From positions 1-60,251 of IMG/VR virus record IMGVR_UViG_3300033153_001386: 60,251 nucleotides of DNA. One strand, 5' to 3'. The translations under genes and the position numbers were made by a program. Position 1 is the stretch's first letter. Each line of letters begins with the position of its first letter. The notes under the pieces were generated by a model, which was given only the letters and a program-made list of their open reading frames with translations, was not told where the DNA came from and did no database searches. Below, in pieces: positions 18,543 through 26,651 of this stretch. This DNA is from a virus. Taxonomy: Duplodnaviria > Caudoviricetes.

Positions 18543-19270
18543 AGTGTTTGGGTTATATAAAAGGTTTCAATGTTGTGTGTGGCATTAGCTCCGAAGAACT
18601 TGTCGTGGACCTCAAGGGCCCGTTCGACTTTGTCCCTGCCACGGAGGACGAAGTCTTCACTCGGTTCGTACATGCCCATCCTACCCGTCTTCTTATCGAT
18701 GGCGAAGAACACCAGCGGTACGCCGAATAGGCTTTGGTAGATGTAGCATTGGCTGTCGTAACCATACTTGCGTGCCGACCACTTGAAGTCGTCGATGTTA
18801 CCGGTCGTCTTCAGGTCAATGATTCGGTCAGGACAGAGGATGTCTGCCTTGGCCTTGAACTGTCGACCCATGATGGTTCCCACGATAGGCTCCTCATACT
18901 TGTTCTCCTCAGCACGAATGGCCTCGAAGAAGTCGTAGTTGCCGAGCATCTTATTCGCCCAACCATGGATGTCCTCCACCTCCTTGGTCAGGAGCATGAA
19001 CTCTGCGTCACGCTCAGCACAAGTGTCTTTATACACCTTGCTGTTGCGGCTTGCAGTGTTGACACTCTCGACCTTGGCTGCCTTCTCCGGCTCGAGGATG
19101 AGCTGATGGAAGAGACGGCCCTTGGCAAAGGCGGGGTTGTCAGGGGTGGGGACACCGAACATGGAAGGGTTGTCAAGCAGCACCTTGATGTCCGAGTTGG
19201 ACATGTACTGCCGACCGACCTTGCCATAGTACTTGGCATCGTCACGTAACTCCTCTATGATGTCGCTCAT
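18539..19270 (-). CDS. RecE/exonuclease VIII-like PD-(D/E)XK exonuclease (DUF3799-like)
   Basis: YY....SNSDIK, G..FH..ILEP, KAKAD...IIDLKTT, YGYD.Q..IY. Confidence 0.85.
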   Translation of the reverse strand: MSDIIEELRDDAKYYGKVGRQYMSNSDIKVLLDNPSMFGVPTPDNPAFAKGRLFHQLILEPEKAAKVESVNTASRNSKVYKDTCAERDAEFMLLTKEVEDIHGWANKMLGNYDFFEAIRAEENKYEEPIVGTIMGRQFKAKADILCPDRIIDLKTTGNIDDFKWSARKYGYDSQCYIYQSLFGVPLVFFAIDKKTGRMGMYEPSEDFVLRGRDKVERALEVHDKFFGANATHNIETFYITQTL

Positions 19271-19866
19271 AGGTTATCCTTGAGAGCTTTCTGAACGGGA
19301 GTGCTGACCTTGTACTTGGTGCGCAGTTGCTTGAGCAGGTTGTCGAAGCCCTTGTCTTTGTTCTCGACCACGTACTTGAGAACCTTACTCCAATTGTCAT
19401 CGTCGACCTCAAGAGATATCCGCGTTGGCTCGCTCGATGATTTAGAGGGGGCGTCCTTGGATTCGGTTGGTTGAGACGGAACGTCCTCACCTGTCCATAG
19501 AGAAAGTCCAAGGCCGTGCATCGCAATGGCCTTAGCGGTGGCACGTTGGATAGTCTTGTTGACCTCGAAGCTGCAAACCTTTTCGATAGGGATGGACTTG
19601 TTGCGATGGTCCATGACGCAAAGCATATCGATGTGCTCCAAGTCGTTGACTACAATGCCCACCTTAACGTAGGCTGTCCTGCCGTCGGTGAAGTAGTTGA
19701 GTCCAGTCTCGGGTTGCTCATAGATGATGCGCTGTGCTTGAGGGTAGTTGCTCTTCATCATGTCCCAAGCGTGAGCCCATGATAGGTAGTCGGCACGTCC
19801 CTTCTTCTCTGCCTTGGGCCGGACGTCGATGGCCTTGAGGTTGTTGTATACTGATTCCATTTTCAT
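19267..19866 (-). CDS. Sak3/DUF1071 single-strand annealing protein
   Basis: EKKG..DYLSWAHAW...VMDHRNK...NKTIQR...KAIAMHGLGL signature. Confidence 0.85.
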   Translation of the reverse strand: MKMESVYNNLKAIDVRPKAEKKGRADYLSWAHAWDMMKSNYPQAQRIIYEQPETGLNYFTDGRTAYVKVGIVVNDLEHIDMLCVMDHRNKSIPIEKVCSFEVNKTIQRATAKAIAMHGLGLSLWTGEDVPSQPTESKDAPSKSSSEPTRISLEVDDDNWSKVLKYVVENKDKGFDNLLKQLRTKYKVSTPVQKALKDNL

Positions 19867-20150
19867 TTCAATTCATTGATTAGAGTTACGTAGTCGGGGT
19901 CTGTTGTCATCACGCTCTCTACCTTTTTGATTCCGTGACCGATAGAGGGAAGGTCAATTTTGTATCCGTTCTGACCCATGTAGTGCCTGATGTATGAACT
20001 TTTGATGGGCCGTTGGTGACACAGGTAGTACAGACAATGCCTTGCGTCGGATAGGTGGCGCGACTTGTCCTTGGTAAAGAGCTGCTCACGGCTGATGCCG
20101 AAGCGGTCGGTTACACGTTCGACGTATTGTTCAAAGATGTCTTGTTTCAT
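19863..20150 (-). CDS. Second DnaA domain IV-like HTH protein
   Basis: V...FGIS.EQLF.K.K.R.L.DARH.LYYLC....SI.HGIKKV pattern. Confidence 0.65.
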   Translation of the reverse strand: MKQDIFEQYVERVTDRFGISREQLFTKDKSRHLSDARHCLYYLCHQRPIKSSYIRHYMGQNGYKIDLPSIGHGIKKVESVMTTDPDYVTLINELK

Positions 20151-20362
20151 TCGTTTTCAATTAAAATTTCTTGGATGTACAGTCGCCCGTGCCTCAGCAT
20201 CACCATGTCTTGGTCGCCGGACTTGAAGTCATTGCCTTGGGTCAACTCTTCGCCCAATGCCTTGTTCAATCCCTTTCGTGCTGATAGCTGACCGCGAAAC
20301 GCCTTAGACCACACGATGCCGATGCCGTCAGTCTCGTAATGGAGGAGATAAATATATTCCAT
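20147..20362 (-). CDS. Hypothetical protein
   Basis: Likely start MEYIYLL at 20362, just after the ParB-like stop. Confidence 0.5.
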   Translation of the reverse strand: MEYIYLLHYETDGIGIVWSKAFRGQLSARKGLNKALGEELTQGNDFKSGDQDMVMLRHGRLYIQEILIENE

Positions 20363-20364
20363 AA

Positions 20365-21105
20365 TCAGAAGAATCTCGTGTGAGTTTTGCGACGAAAATT
20401 GTACACGTTCTCCCATACACGAAGCATCTCCTCAGCAGTGGCGGCGTACACAAACAGGTGTGGGTTGGCCTCGGCACGCTTGAGCAACTCCGATGGATTG
20501 AAACCATCCATGGTACGTACACAGCGCAGGAACGCAGTGACGAAAGACATACGAAGGTAGAAGTCCCAACGCTTGAACTGACCCAAAGAGTACAGTCTCT
20601 TGAGTGCTACGTCATAGTCCTCCCGGAACTCCCAAGTACCCTTGCTGATGTTCATCTTGCCGGTCTTGTTGCTGGCGTTGGAGGCACTGCCCTGAGCAAT
20701 CATGGCCGCGATGCGTACACTGATGCGCTTGTCCATGTCTACGCAATCCTTGTGGAAGTTGACGAGCTTGATGTAGTGCTCGTTGCCTTGGGCCGCATAG
20801 CTATGTACCTTGTCCGGGATGGTCCATGGCTTGGATGCGTTGTTGAGTTCCACAACTTCGCTCATACGCAAGGCGTCAGAGACGATGTACTTGACCGGGA
20901 TGCCAAGCTCACGGCAGGCGTGGAAGCGGTGCTGTCCGTCGATGATGTATCCGTCAGGCGTAACACTGATGGGTTGCATTAACCCCTGTCTCTTGATGAG
21001 CTTCTTGAGCTTGCGAACGTGAGCGGCATCGACACTGCGATTGTATTCTGTGAATTCGAACTGACTGTAGTCAGACGTGGTTGTTATTGTGTCTGTTAAT
21101 GACAT
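20365..21105 (-). CDS. ParB/Srx N-terminal domain protein
   Basis: NR.V...HV.KL...I...GLMQPISV....IIDGQHRF.AC..LG.PV. Confidence 0.85.
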   Translation of the reverse strand: MSLTDTITTTSDYSQFEFTEYNRSVDAAHVRKLKKLIKRQGLMQPISVTPDGYIIDGQHRFHACRELGIPVKYIVSDALRMSEVVELNNASKPWTIPDKVHSYAAQGNEHYIKLVNFHKDCVDMDKRISVRIAAMIAQGSASNASNKTGKMNISKGTWEFREDYDVALKRLYSLGQFKRWDFYLRMSFVTAFLRCVRTMDGFNPSELLKRAEANPHLFVYAATAEEMLRVWENVYNFRRKTHTRFF

Positions 21106-21218
21106 TGTCTATTGTATTTAGGGTTTCTTTTAGTTGTCTGAGGATAGCGTCCTCGTGATAGCGAATGCTGTATCCGTCACACAACTCTTGTATGACGATA
21201 CGCATTGCAGATAAGTCT

Positions 21219-21647
21219 TCATGTTCCGACATAGATGGGGGAGTCAAACCTTTCGATGTTGTACACAGCGTCTACAACAATATCGCTTTCGAACGACTCA
21301 AGTTCTGAGCTCTCCAATGCCCTGCCCTCAACGTATGTGTGTCGCACAACCTTCATGAAGACGAGGTTGCCTGTGCGCAGAATCATAACACCATAGGTAC
21401 ATGGGTCGTGGCCTCGAGCCGAAGCCATGTCTTCAGCGTGACGCATGGTCTCTATCCAACAATCGAATTGGTATCCACTGAATGCGTCTTCGATACTGGA
21501 CTGAGATTCACATGGGTCGTTAGTACCATGAACGAACCCTGAGTTGACAGGGCTTTGGAAGATGTCACACGTGGTGACAGCATGACCGAAGGCCATGGCT
21601 TGGCCCATCGCCTCGGCGAATGGACGGGTCTTGATTGAGTTCTTCAT
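21219..21647 (-). CDS. Hypothetical protein
   Basis: 142-aa ORF, ATGA-coupled to the upstream gene. Confidence 0.55.
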   Translation of the reverse strand: MKNSIKTRPFAEAMGQAMAFGHAVTTCDIFQSPVNSGFVHGTNDPCESQSSIEDAFSGYQFDCWIETMRHAEDMASARGHDPCTYGVMILRTGNLVFMKVVRHTYVEGRALESSELESFESDIVVDAVYNIERFDSPIYVGT

Positions 21648-21844
21648 ACTAGCATACCGCCGTCACCGACGTCGTTGAGGTTGAGGTATTCGCGAACGGC
21701 ATCAGGTCCGTAATCATGGTAGATGGCGGCCAATTCGTACATCTTGTCAGTAGATACTGAATCGGGTTCAACGCCGCACCCTCTTAGGAATGCAACACAG
21801 GATATTGCAGCGTCCTGTATTCGCTTCTTGTATTCTTCACTCAT
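21644..21844 (-). CDS. Hypothetical protein
   Basis: 66 aa; ATG 4 nt after a palindrome copy. Confidence 0.55.
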   Translation of the reverse strand: MSEEYKKRIQDAAISCVAFLRGCGVEPDSVSTDKMYELAAIYHDYGPDAVREYLNLNDVGDGGMLV

Positions 21845-21859
21845 TGTAATTAATCCGGA

Positions 21860-22567
21860 TTAATGGATGTTGATTGTAATGTTCTTGCGGCCCTTGCCCT
21901 TGACTCCACTGCACAGGCCACACTTGGCGCAGTTGGATACGTAACCCATCTCCTTGCTTGCCGGGCACTGAACACCGTCGGCAGTGTCACCCTTAGATAG
22001 AGAGACGAAGTGCCGCCATGACGGAAGCTTGTCGGCCCCCTCTTGGTCGTGCGATGACGCCATGAAGAAGTCCTTGTAGTCGTCAGCCCAATCCTTGCCG
22101 GCTTGGTGCGTGTACCCAGTGTGGGTAGCAGAGGCGTCAGCCATGTCAGAGACAAGGTCGATAGGCAGAAGGCTTGGTTCACCATAGCTACCGAAGCGGG
22201 TGAGCTGTGACTCAGCACACCAGTCCTTGATGGGAGCAAGGTCGGTGCGCTCACGGGAATGGATGTCCTCGGTGCTGAGCGAACGTAGCATAGAAATGAA
22301 CCCGGAGTACTGCATGTACTTGTGGGTATAGCAACCCTTGAGACTAGCAAGGGGGCAGTCCAAGCAGTTGGCTCCGTCCATGCGGAAGAAGTTGCCACGG
22401 TCTACCTTCTTGGATTGTGCCGAGCGAACCATGGCCGCTTGACGTAAGTCAAACGTGTAGGTCTGTACGACACTGGCTTTCTCAGGTGCAATCTTCTTGT
22501 TAGTGGTGCGCCCCTTGCGCACCACGAATAAGTTGTCGCCCTCGGTCCAAGCGATACGGCCCTTCAT
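21860..22567 (-). CDS. Cys-rich Gp88-like / degenerate radical-SAM-like phage protein
   Basis: CLDCPL...CY, RFGSYGEP, TGYTHQ, FMASS, CPAS...CAKCGLC. Confidence 0.6.
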   Translation of the reverse strand: MKGRIAWTEGDNLFVVRKGRTTNKKIAPEKASVVQTYTFDLRQAAMVRSAQSKKVDRGNFFRMDGANCLDCPLASLKGCYTHKYMQYSGFISMLRSLSTEDIHSRERTDLAPIKDWCAESQLTRFGSYGEPSLLPIDLVSDMADASATHTGYTHQAGKDWADDYKDFFMASSHDQEGADKLPSWRHFVSLSKGDTADGVQCPASKEMGYVSNCAKCGLCSGVKGKGRKNITINIH

Positions 22568-22965
22568 GACTTGAGAATCCCTTCGAGCTGCTCGTCAGTC
22601 ATGCCGTGGTCGTTGAAGGTGACCGCCTCCTTGATGGTGTCCTCATCGATAGTGACCTCGCCGCTAAAGCTGAAGCCACCCTCTTCCATATCGACATGCA
22701 CCTCGACGCCGTCACTCCATCCCTTTATCCGCACTGCCATACTTTCCTCGCGGGCCTCACCACCGAGGGAGTATGCATCAAGCAACATCTTGATGACCTG
22801 CTCCTTGGTATAGGTGGTCTCGGGCTTGAGCAAGGGGCCGTCGATGGCAAGGCTTGCCTTCATGTCCATGAGATTGGAACGCGCTCCGTCGATAAGGAAG
22901 TTGAGCTGTTCGAGCAATGTGTCACGAGTCTGCGGCGTGACGTCCGGGGTAGTTGGGTTGTCCAT
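22564..22965 (-). CDS. Hypothetical protein
   Basis: 133-aa ORF immediately downstream of a consensus promoter. Confidence 0.6.
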   Translation of the reverse strand: MDNPTTPDVTPQTRDTLLEQLNFLIDGARSNLMDMKASLAIDGPLLKPETTYTKEQVIKMLLDAYSLGGEAREESMAVRIKGWSDGVEVHVDMEEGGFSFSGEVTIDEDTIKEAVTFNDHGMTDEQLEGILKS

Positions 22966-22987
22966 AGTGTATTGAATTATTGATATG

Positions 22988-23018
22988 CAAATATAAGGTA
23001 TTTATTACTACTGTGCAA
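22988..23018 (-). promoter_or_regulatory. Bacteroidota housekeeping-type promoter (-33 TTG / -7 TAnnTTTG)
   Basis: Minus strand TTG-N20-TATATTTG in an AT-rich intergenic gap. Confidence 0.75.
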
Positions 23019-23041
23019 GTTTTTCCACAGTTAATGTCTCT

Positions 23042-23269
23042 TCATCTGTTGTCGTGTTTCTCGTCAGGGTCTCGGTCCATGCACTCGCATGGTCGGGTCG
23101 TAGCATACGGGTCAGCGTAGTGGGTTGAGTAAACAAACCCCTCGCCGCCGCACTGCGGACACTCCTCTTCCTCTTCCTGAAGGCTCAATACATACCGAGC
23201 CATCTGTTGGAACGAGCCGAACCCCTTGAGATGCGCGACCATGTTGTCAATCAACTTTTCCTGTGTCAT
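23042..23269 (-). CDS. Small Zn-finger protein
   Basis: CPQCGGEG...CEC. Confidence 0.6.
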   Translation of the reverse strand: MTQEKLIDNMVAHLKGFGSFQQMARYVLSLQEEEEECPQCGGEGFVYSTHYADPYATTRPCECMDRDPDEKHDNR

Positions 23270-23451
23270 TCGTTTATCTCTTTGATGATGTAGATGCGGC
23301 GATACTCCTCTCCATCATTGAAGTCCTCGACGTTGCGGTACTCCGTACCCATGTCGTTGTTGAAGTCCTCGAGGTAGTAGTCAAGGCTCTTGAAGGCGAA
23401 GCCCTCGTCTCGTGGGTCGTCGGTCTCGACGACTAAGTAGAATGGTTTCAT
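23266..23451 (-). CDS. Hypothetical protein
   Basis: Likely start MKPFYLV at 23451 (ATGA coupling). Confidence 0.55.
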   Translation of the reverse strand: MKPFYLVVETDDPRDEGFAFKSLDYYLEDFNNDMGTEYRNVEDFNDGEEYRRIYIIKEINE

Positions 23452-23783
23452 AGCTTTCCTGATTCGAGGTCGAATTCTGTGTTGATTTCCCCGTTCTTGA
23501 CGGGGTACATTTTGAACTGCCACCCTTCTGCATAGAAGACATTGATGTCGAGTTGCATGCTGTAGCTGAACCACATGTCGTCGTCGCCGTTGCTCATCTT
23601 GGTGATGACGTCATGCGGGATGGTGATTTCTCCGAACAGCTTGCTCGGAACGATGCACTTGCCGCCTTGCAAGGCGGCCATGGCTTCGACCTCAATATCT
23701 GCGAGCAGATTGAGCGTGACTTCGGCGTCCTTGCCCATGGCGTTGCGGGCATTGCGAAGGATGCTGAGGATATGGTCTCTCAT
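23448..23783 (-). CDS. Hypothetical protein
   Basis: 111 aa, ATGA-coupled on both sides. Confidence 0.6.
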   Translation of the reverse strand: MRDHILSILRNARNAMGKDAEVTLNLLADIEVEAMAALQGGKCIVPSKLFGEITIPHDVITKMSNGDDDMWFSYSMQLDINVFYAEGWQFKMYPVKNGEINTEFDLESGKL

Positions 23784-24241
23784 GACTCTTGCATTGAATT
23801 TAACTTGGCGCGGTTGGCGTCGCGGTCAAGGTTGAGGGAGTGGATGTACTCGCGGGCATCGTTCCAAACGTCGAACGCCTTGCCGTCGATGCGGTACTTG
23901 AAAGTCTTGTAATCGTTGGGCTGTCCGTCGTTGTCGTACACCTCCGTCACGTCGATGCTGAACTCGTTGGTCAGGATGTCCATCACCACAGTGGGCAACG
24001 ACCCGACACCATCGTAGTCAACGAGCTTGCCGCCGTCAATCTCAAGGCCACCCTCGGCGTAGTACTTCTCGCCGTGCCACTTGGTGTCGTGGAACTCGAA
24101 CCACGCATGGCCCGAAGCCTTAGTGCCTACATGAACAATGACCTCGACGTTCTCGTCTCGGTGAATATCCTGACCCGTACTGAGTACGGTGTGACCAAGG
24201 GTAGGATAGATGACCTTGGCGTTGATGAGTTGGTCTTTCAT
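23780..24241 (-). CDS. Hypothetical protein
   Basis: 153 aa; ATG 1 nt after a palindrome copy. Confidence 0.6.
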   Translation of the reverse strand: MKDQLINAKVIYPTLGHTVLSTGQDIHRDENVEVIVHVGTKASGHAWFEFHDTKWHGEKYYAEGGLEIDGGKLVDYDGVGSLPTVVMDILTNEFSIDVTEVYDNDGQPNDYKTFKYRIDGKAFDVWNDAREYIHSLNLDRDANRAKLNSMQES

Positions 24242-24274
24242 AATTAATCCGGATTAATTGTATTTGTGGCTCGC

Positions 24275-24466
24275 TCAACGAGCCGGGTCTAGTTCGAGGA
24301 TGCGCTCTGCACACTCGTGGATGTTTGCGATGAGACACCCAACGTCAGCACCACCAAGTGGAGTGTCCAACTCAAGAACCATGGGAGGTATAGACTTGAG
24401 TAGTCGGTCGATGTCTTCGTGAATGGCGCGGCAAGCCTCGCCTGTTGTCATGGTTTCAATGGCCAT
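24275..24466 (-). CDS. Hypothetical protein (ORF also extends upstream to 24673)
   Basis: MAIETMTT start preceded by AAATACA and a promoter; upstream in-frame MYDYIS segment. Confidence 0.5.
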   Translation of the reverse strand: MAIETMTTGEACRAIHEDIDRLLKSIPPMVLELDTPLGGADVGCLIANIHECAERILELDPAR

Positions 24467-24483
24467 TGTATTTGTTCTTAATT

Positions 24484-24537
24484 GATAGTGCAATATAAGG
24501 AATATATTCCATGTATACAAGTAATTACTAAGAAATC
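24484..24537 (-). promoter_or_regulatory. Early promoter, copy 1 of a 54-bp conserved element
   Basis: TTG-N20-TATATTGC; aligns without gaps to 26392-26445 (shared gatag.gcaatata, tatacaag, actaagaaatc). Confidence 0.7.
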
Positions 24538-24697
24538 TTCTGTGATGGACTTGAGTCACCACGTTCATCCATCCGTCACTCTCGTCGAAAACCTCGTATT
24601 CTGTGTGGGATTTGAGCGCGTTCTCTGCAAGCCATTCTTCAAAGGCTCTGTCTTCTGATATATAATCGTACATGGATATGGGTGTTTGAATGCTCGC

Positions 24698-24958
24698 TCA
24701 ACGAGCCGGGTATTTCTTGTAAGACTTCTCCTCGTCAGTCTCAGGGTCGGAGACGATGTACTCCACCCTCTGCCCGAAGCACGAGGCGATGGTCACGCCG
24801 TTCTCAAGGGCGATGTATACGTTGCCGGTGTATTCGTTGAAGCCGCAACACATGATGTCTACAGGCTCAGGAACCTCAGATAAGGCAGTGACGACAAGGG
24901 CCGCAGACACAAGGTCGGAGCCGTAAAGGGGTGGGAATTCAATGTTCATCATGTCCAT
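24698..24958 (-). CDS. Hypothetical protein
   Basis: 86 aa, GFNEYTGNVYIALENG motif. Confidence 0.55.
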   Translation of the reverse strand: MDMMNIEFPPLYGSDLVSAALVVTALSEVPEPVDIMCCGFNEYTGNVYIALENGVTIASCFGQRVEYIVSDPETDEEKSYKKYPAR

Positions 24959-25149
24959 GGTTTGCCGCTCATCACGTCCGTGTAGAACAAGATGAACAGA
25001 GGTTTGTGAATGCGGTTGACACCGCTGTACTCCTTGACGAAACCCCGCATCTGCTCACGGGTATAGTCAACGCCGTTGGGAGCCGTGGCACTGCCGTCAA
25101 CATGCACGATGCCGTGCTTGGTCTTGCCTTTAATCTTCATGGCTTCCAT
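24949..25149 (-). CDS. Hypothetical protein
   Basis: Short coupled ORF (start may be 25140). Confidence 0.5.
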   Translation of the reverse strand: MEAMKIKGKTKHGIVHVDGSATAPNGVDYTREQMRGFVKEYSGVNRIHKPLFILFYTDVMSGKPWT

Positions 25150-25493
25150 AATGATTTTATTTCATTGCGGCGGGCAGCGACCAACTCTTCACGCTCCACA
25201 CTGCGCTCAGAAAACCAATTGGCACACAACACCTCGTTGTCTACGCTCATGATGCCCCATGTCTGAACGACCTCGCCGCCAAGGATTACAGTGACGTCGG
25301 TCTTCCATCGCGGAGCCATGCATGATTTGGTGTCGGGGTCCCACGGGATGTGTCGGGCCGTAACCCTCCTGATGATAATCGGCTCGCCCTTCCACTCCCC
25401 CTCGATAGAGTCGCGGTTGTAGTTGTCAGCAGTGCTGATGTCAAGGTGGTTGTCTATATGTTCAAGTAGACCAGAGAATGTTCTATAGCTCAT
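25137..25493 (-). CDS. Hypothetical protein
   Basis: Likely start MSYRTF at 25493 (ATGA coupling); the upstream extension in the ORF track overlaps real genes. Confidence 0.55.
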   Translation of the reverse strand: MSYRTFSGLLEHIDNHLDISTADNYNRDSIEGEWKGEPIIIRRVTARHIPWDPDTKSCMAPRWKTDVTVILGGEVVQTWGIMSVDNEVLCANWFSERSVEREELVAARRNEIKSLWKP

Positions 25494-25633
25494 CTGTATA
25501 GTATTAGTGAAAGTGTAAACGTGGGTGCTGTCACAAAGAGGATGATGTATGGTGCGATACCCTCCGTGACAAGAGAGAGTAGGCACGCCAACAGAAAGCT
25601 GAAGGCAGAGAAGTCCATAAGCCGCTCGCTCAT
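25490..25633 (-). CDS. Small membrane protein
   Basis: MSERLMDFSAFSFLLACLLSLV...IILFVTAPTFTLSLILYR: two hydrophobic stretches; TAATG coupling. Confidence 0.5.
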   Translation of the reverse strand: MSERLMDFSAFSFLLACLLSLVTEGIAPYIILFVTAPTFTLSLILYR

Positions 25634-26148
25634 TAGAACTCTCCTTGCTCTCGTGGTACAACTTGGATGCAGTCGATGCCATTGGACCGCCACATGTCGA
25701 CAACCTGATTGCGGTCGTCATACACCCGCTCGATGAGGTCGTCACCGTTCTTGCGGATGTTGTCCAACAACTCTTGCTTGAACACATTGTCGGGCCGATA
25801 GTCCCCGTCCTTGCGCATATACAAGGCGTCGTAGTGGATGCCGTAATTGGCAAGCCATTCCTCCGTGACCGCACGGTTCTTGTCGTTTCGGGCCGATACA
25901 ATGGTGATGACCTTGCCCCGCTCTCTCCAGTCTCTGAGGACGCTGACCACAATCTCGTTGGGTACGTCGAGCCTGAGTATGTGGAACGGCTCTTGCCACG
26001 CTTTCCACCACTCCTTCCGGGTCAGAGGAAACAACTTGCTGTCATCCATAGAGATGTTGGCGTTGTGGAACTCGTCTGCCGCTTGGTCTGCCGCTTTGCG
26101 TCGGGCATCGACGTTGGCAATCGTGCCGTCTAAATCGAATAGTATCAT
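25633..26148 (-). CDS. HAD-family phosphatase resembling the 3'-phosphatase domain of T4 polynucleotide kinase (PseT)
   Basis: ILFDLDGTIA, VSAR, LYMR..GDYRPD...K, YDDRNQVVDMWR..GI.C.QV. Confidence 0.85.
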   Translation of the reverse strand: MILFDLDGTIANVDARRKAADQAADEFHNANISMDDSKLFPLTRKEWWKAWQEPFHILRLDVPNEIVVSVLRDWRERGKVITIVSARNDKNRAVTEEWLANYGIHYDALYMRKDGDYRPDNVFKQELLDNIRKNGDDLIERVYDDRNQVVDMWRSNGIDCIQVVPREQGEF

Positions 26149-26150
26149 GA

Positions 26151-26342
26151 TTAATCCGGATTAATTACCTCAATCTCTTTTGTCCACTCACCCACCGTAA
26201 ATCGGATGAGTCCCTGACGCACGAAGCAAGTCACGCCGCGCTGTTGAATCTGTTCGACCAAACCCTTGAACGATGGCGCCCACTGAAAAGATGGCTCGCT
26301 GTGTCGTCCCTGACTGTCGATGGTGGTTACTCTGATGTCCAT
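26151..26342 (-). CDS. Hypothetical protein flanked by two palindrome copies
   Basis: 63 aa; its C-terminal INPD* is encoded by the palindrome. Confidence 0.55.
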   Translation of the reverse strand: MDIRVTTIDSQGRHSEPSFQWAPSFKGLVEQIQQRGVTCFVRQGLIRFTVGEWTKEIEVINPD

Positions 26343-26391
26343 TAGAATTAATCCGGATTAATTGGCCCGGGCGCCTTGTTGTTGTTTTAAT

Positions 26392-26445
26392 GATAGCGCA
26401 ATATACGTAGAATGTTTCGATTATACAAGAAATCACTAAGAAATC
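26392..26445 (-). promoter_or_regulatory. Early promoter, copy 2 of the 54-bp element
   Basis: TTG-N20-TATATTGC. Confidence 0.7.
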
Positions 26446-26472
26446 CGCATTGCGTAGGTGCAACTTTTTTCG

Positions 26473-26543
26473 CGTCCCTGACTCGACGTCCCTGACTCGC
26501 ACTCGCAGAGCGAGCGCCGTCCCTGACCCACCGTCCCTGACTC
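26473..26543. repeat. CGTCCCTGAC(T/C)C direct repeats x4
   Basis: 26473, 26487, 26518, 26532; further GTCCCTGAC at 26210 and 26306. Confidence 0.85.
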
Positions 26544-26612
26544 ACCGTGGAGGAACGATGGTGGCGCGGTGGCCCGGATTAATCCGGATTAATTCCAGAA
26601 AGAAGAGGGCAT

Positions 26613-26645
26613 AAAAAAACCCCCACCCGGTGAGGGATGGGGGTT
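26613..26645 (-). terminator. Intrinsic terminator after the 201-aa early gene
   Basis: aacccccaccc-ggtga-gggatgggggtt stem with A7 on its left side. Confidence 0.7.
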
Positions 26646-26651
26646 ATGGGG

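Larger units (their letters stand above)
24269..24711. repeat. 20-bp direct repeat gctcgctcaacgagccgggt
   Basis: Identical at 24269-24288 and 24692-24711; each supplies the PAR-stop end of a minus-strand gene. Confidence 0.9.

Noticed and set aside
23021-23029. TTTTCCACA DnaA-box match next to an early promoter
   Set aside because: A single degenerate 9-mer; several are expected by chance in 60 kb
25494-25952. N-terminal extension of the 271-aa ORF, and similar extensions at 23452-23574, 30479-30577, 39491-39559 and 51315-51341
   Set aside because: They overlap better-supported genes or terminators; coupled internal ATGs give more plausible starts
26473-26543. CGTCCCTGACTC repeats as a CRISPR array
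   Set aside because: Repeats are 12 bp with 2-19-bp gaps, too short for spacers
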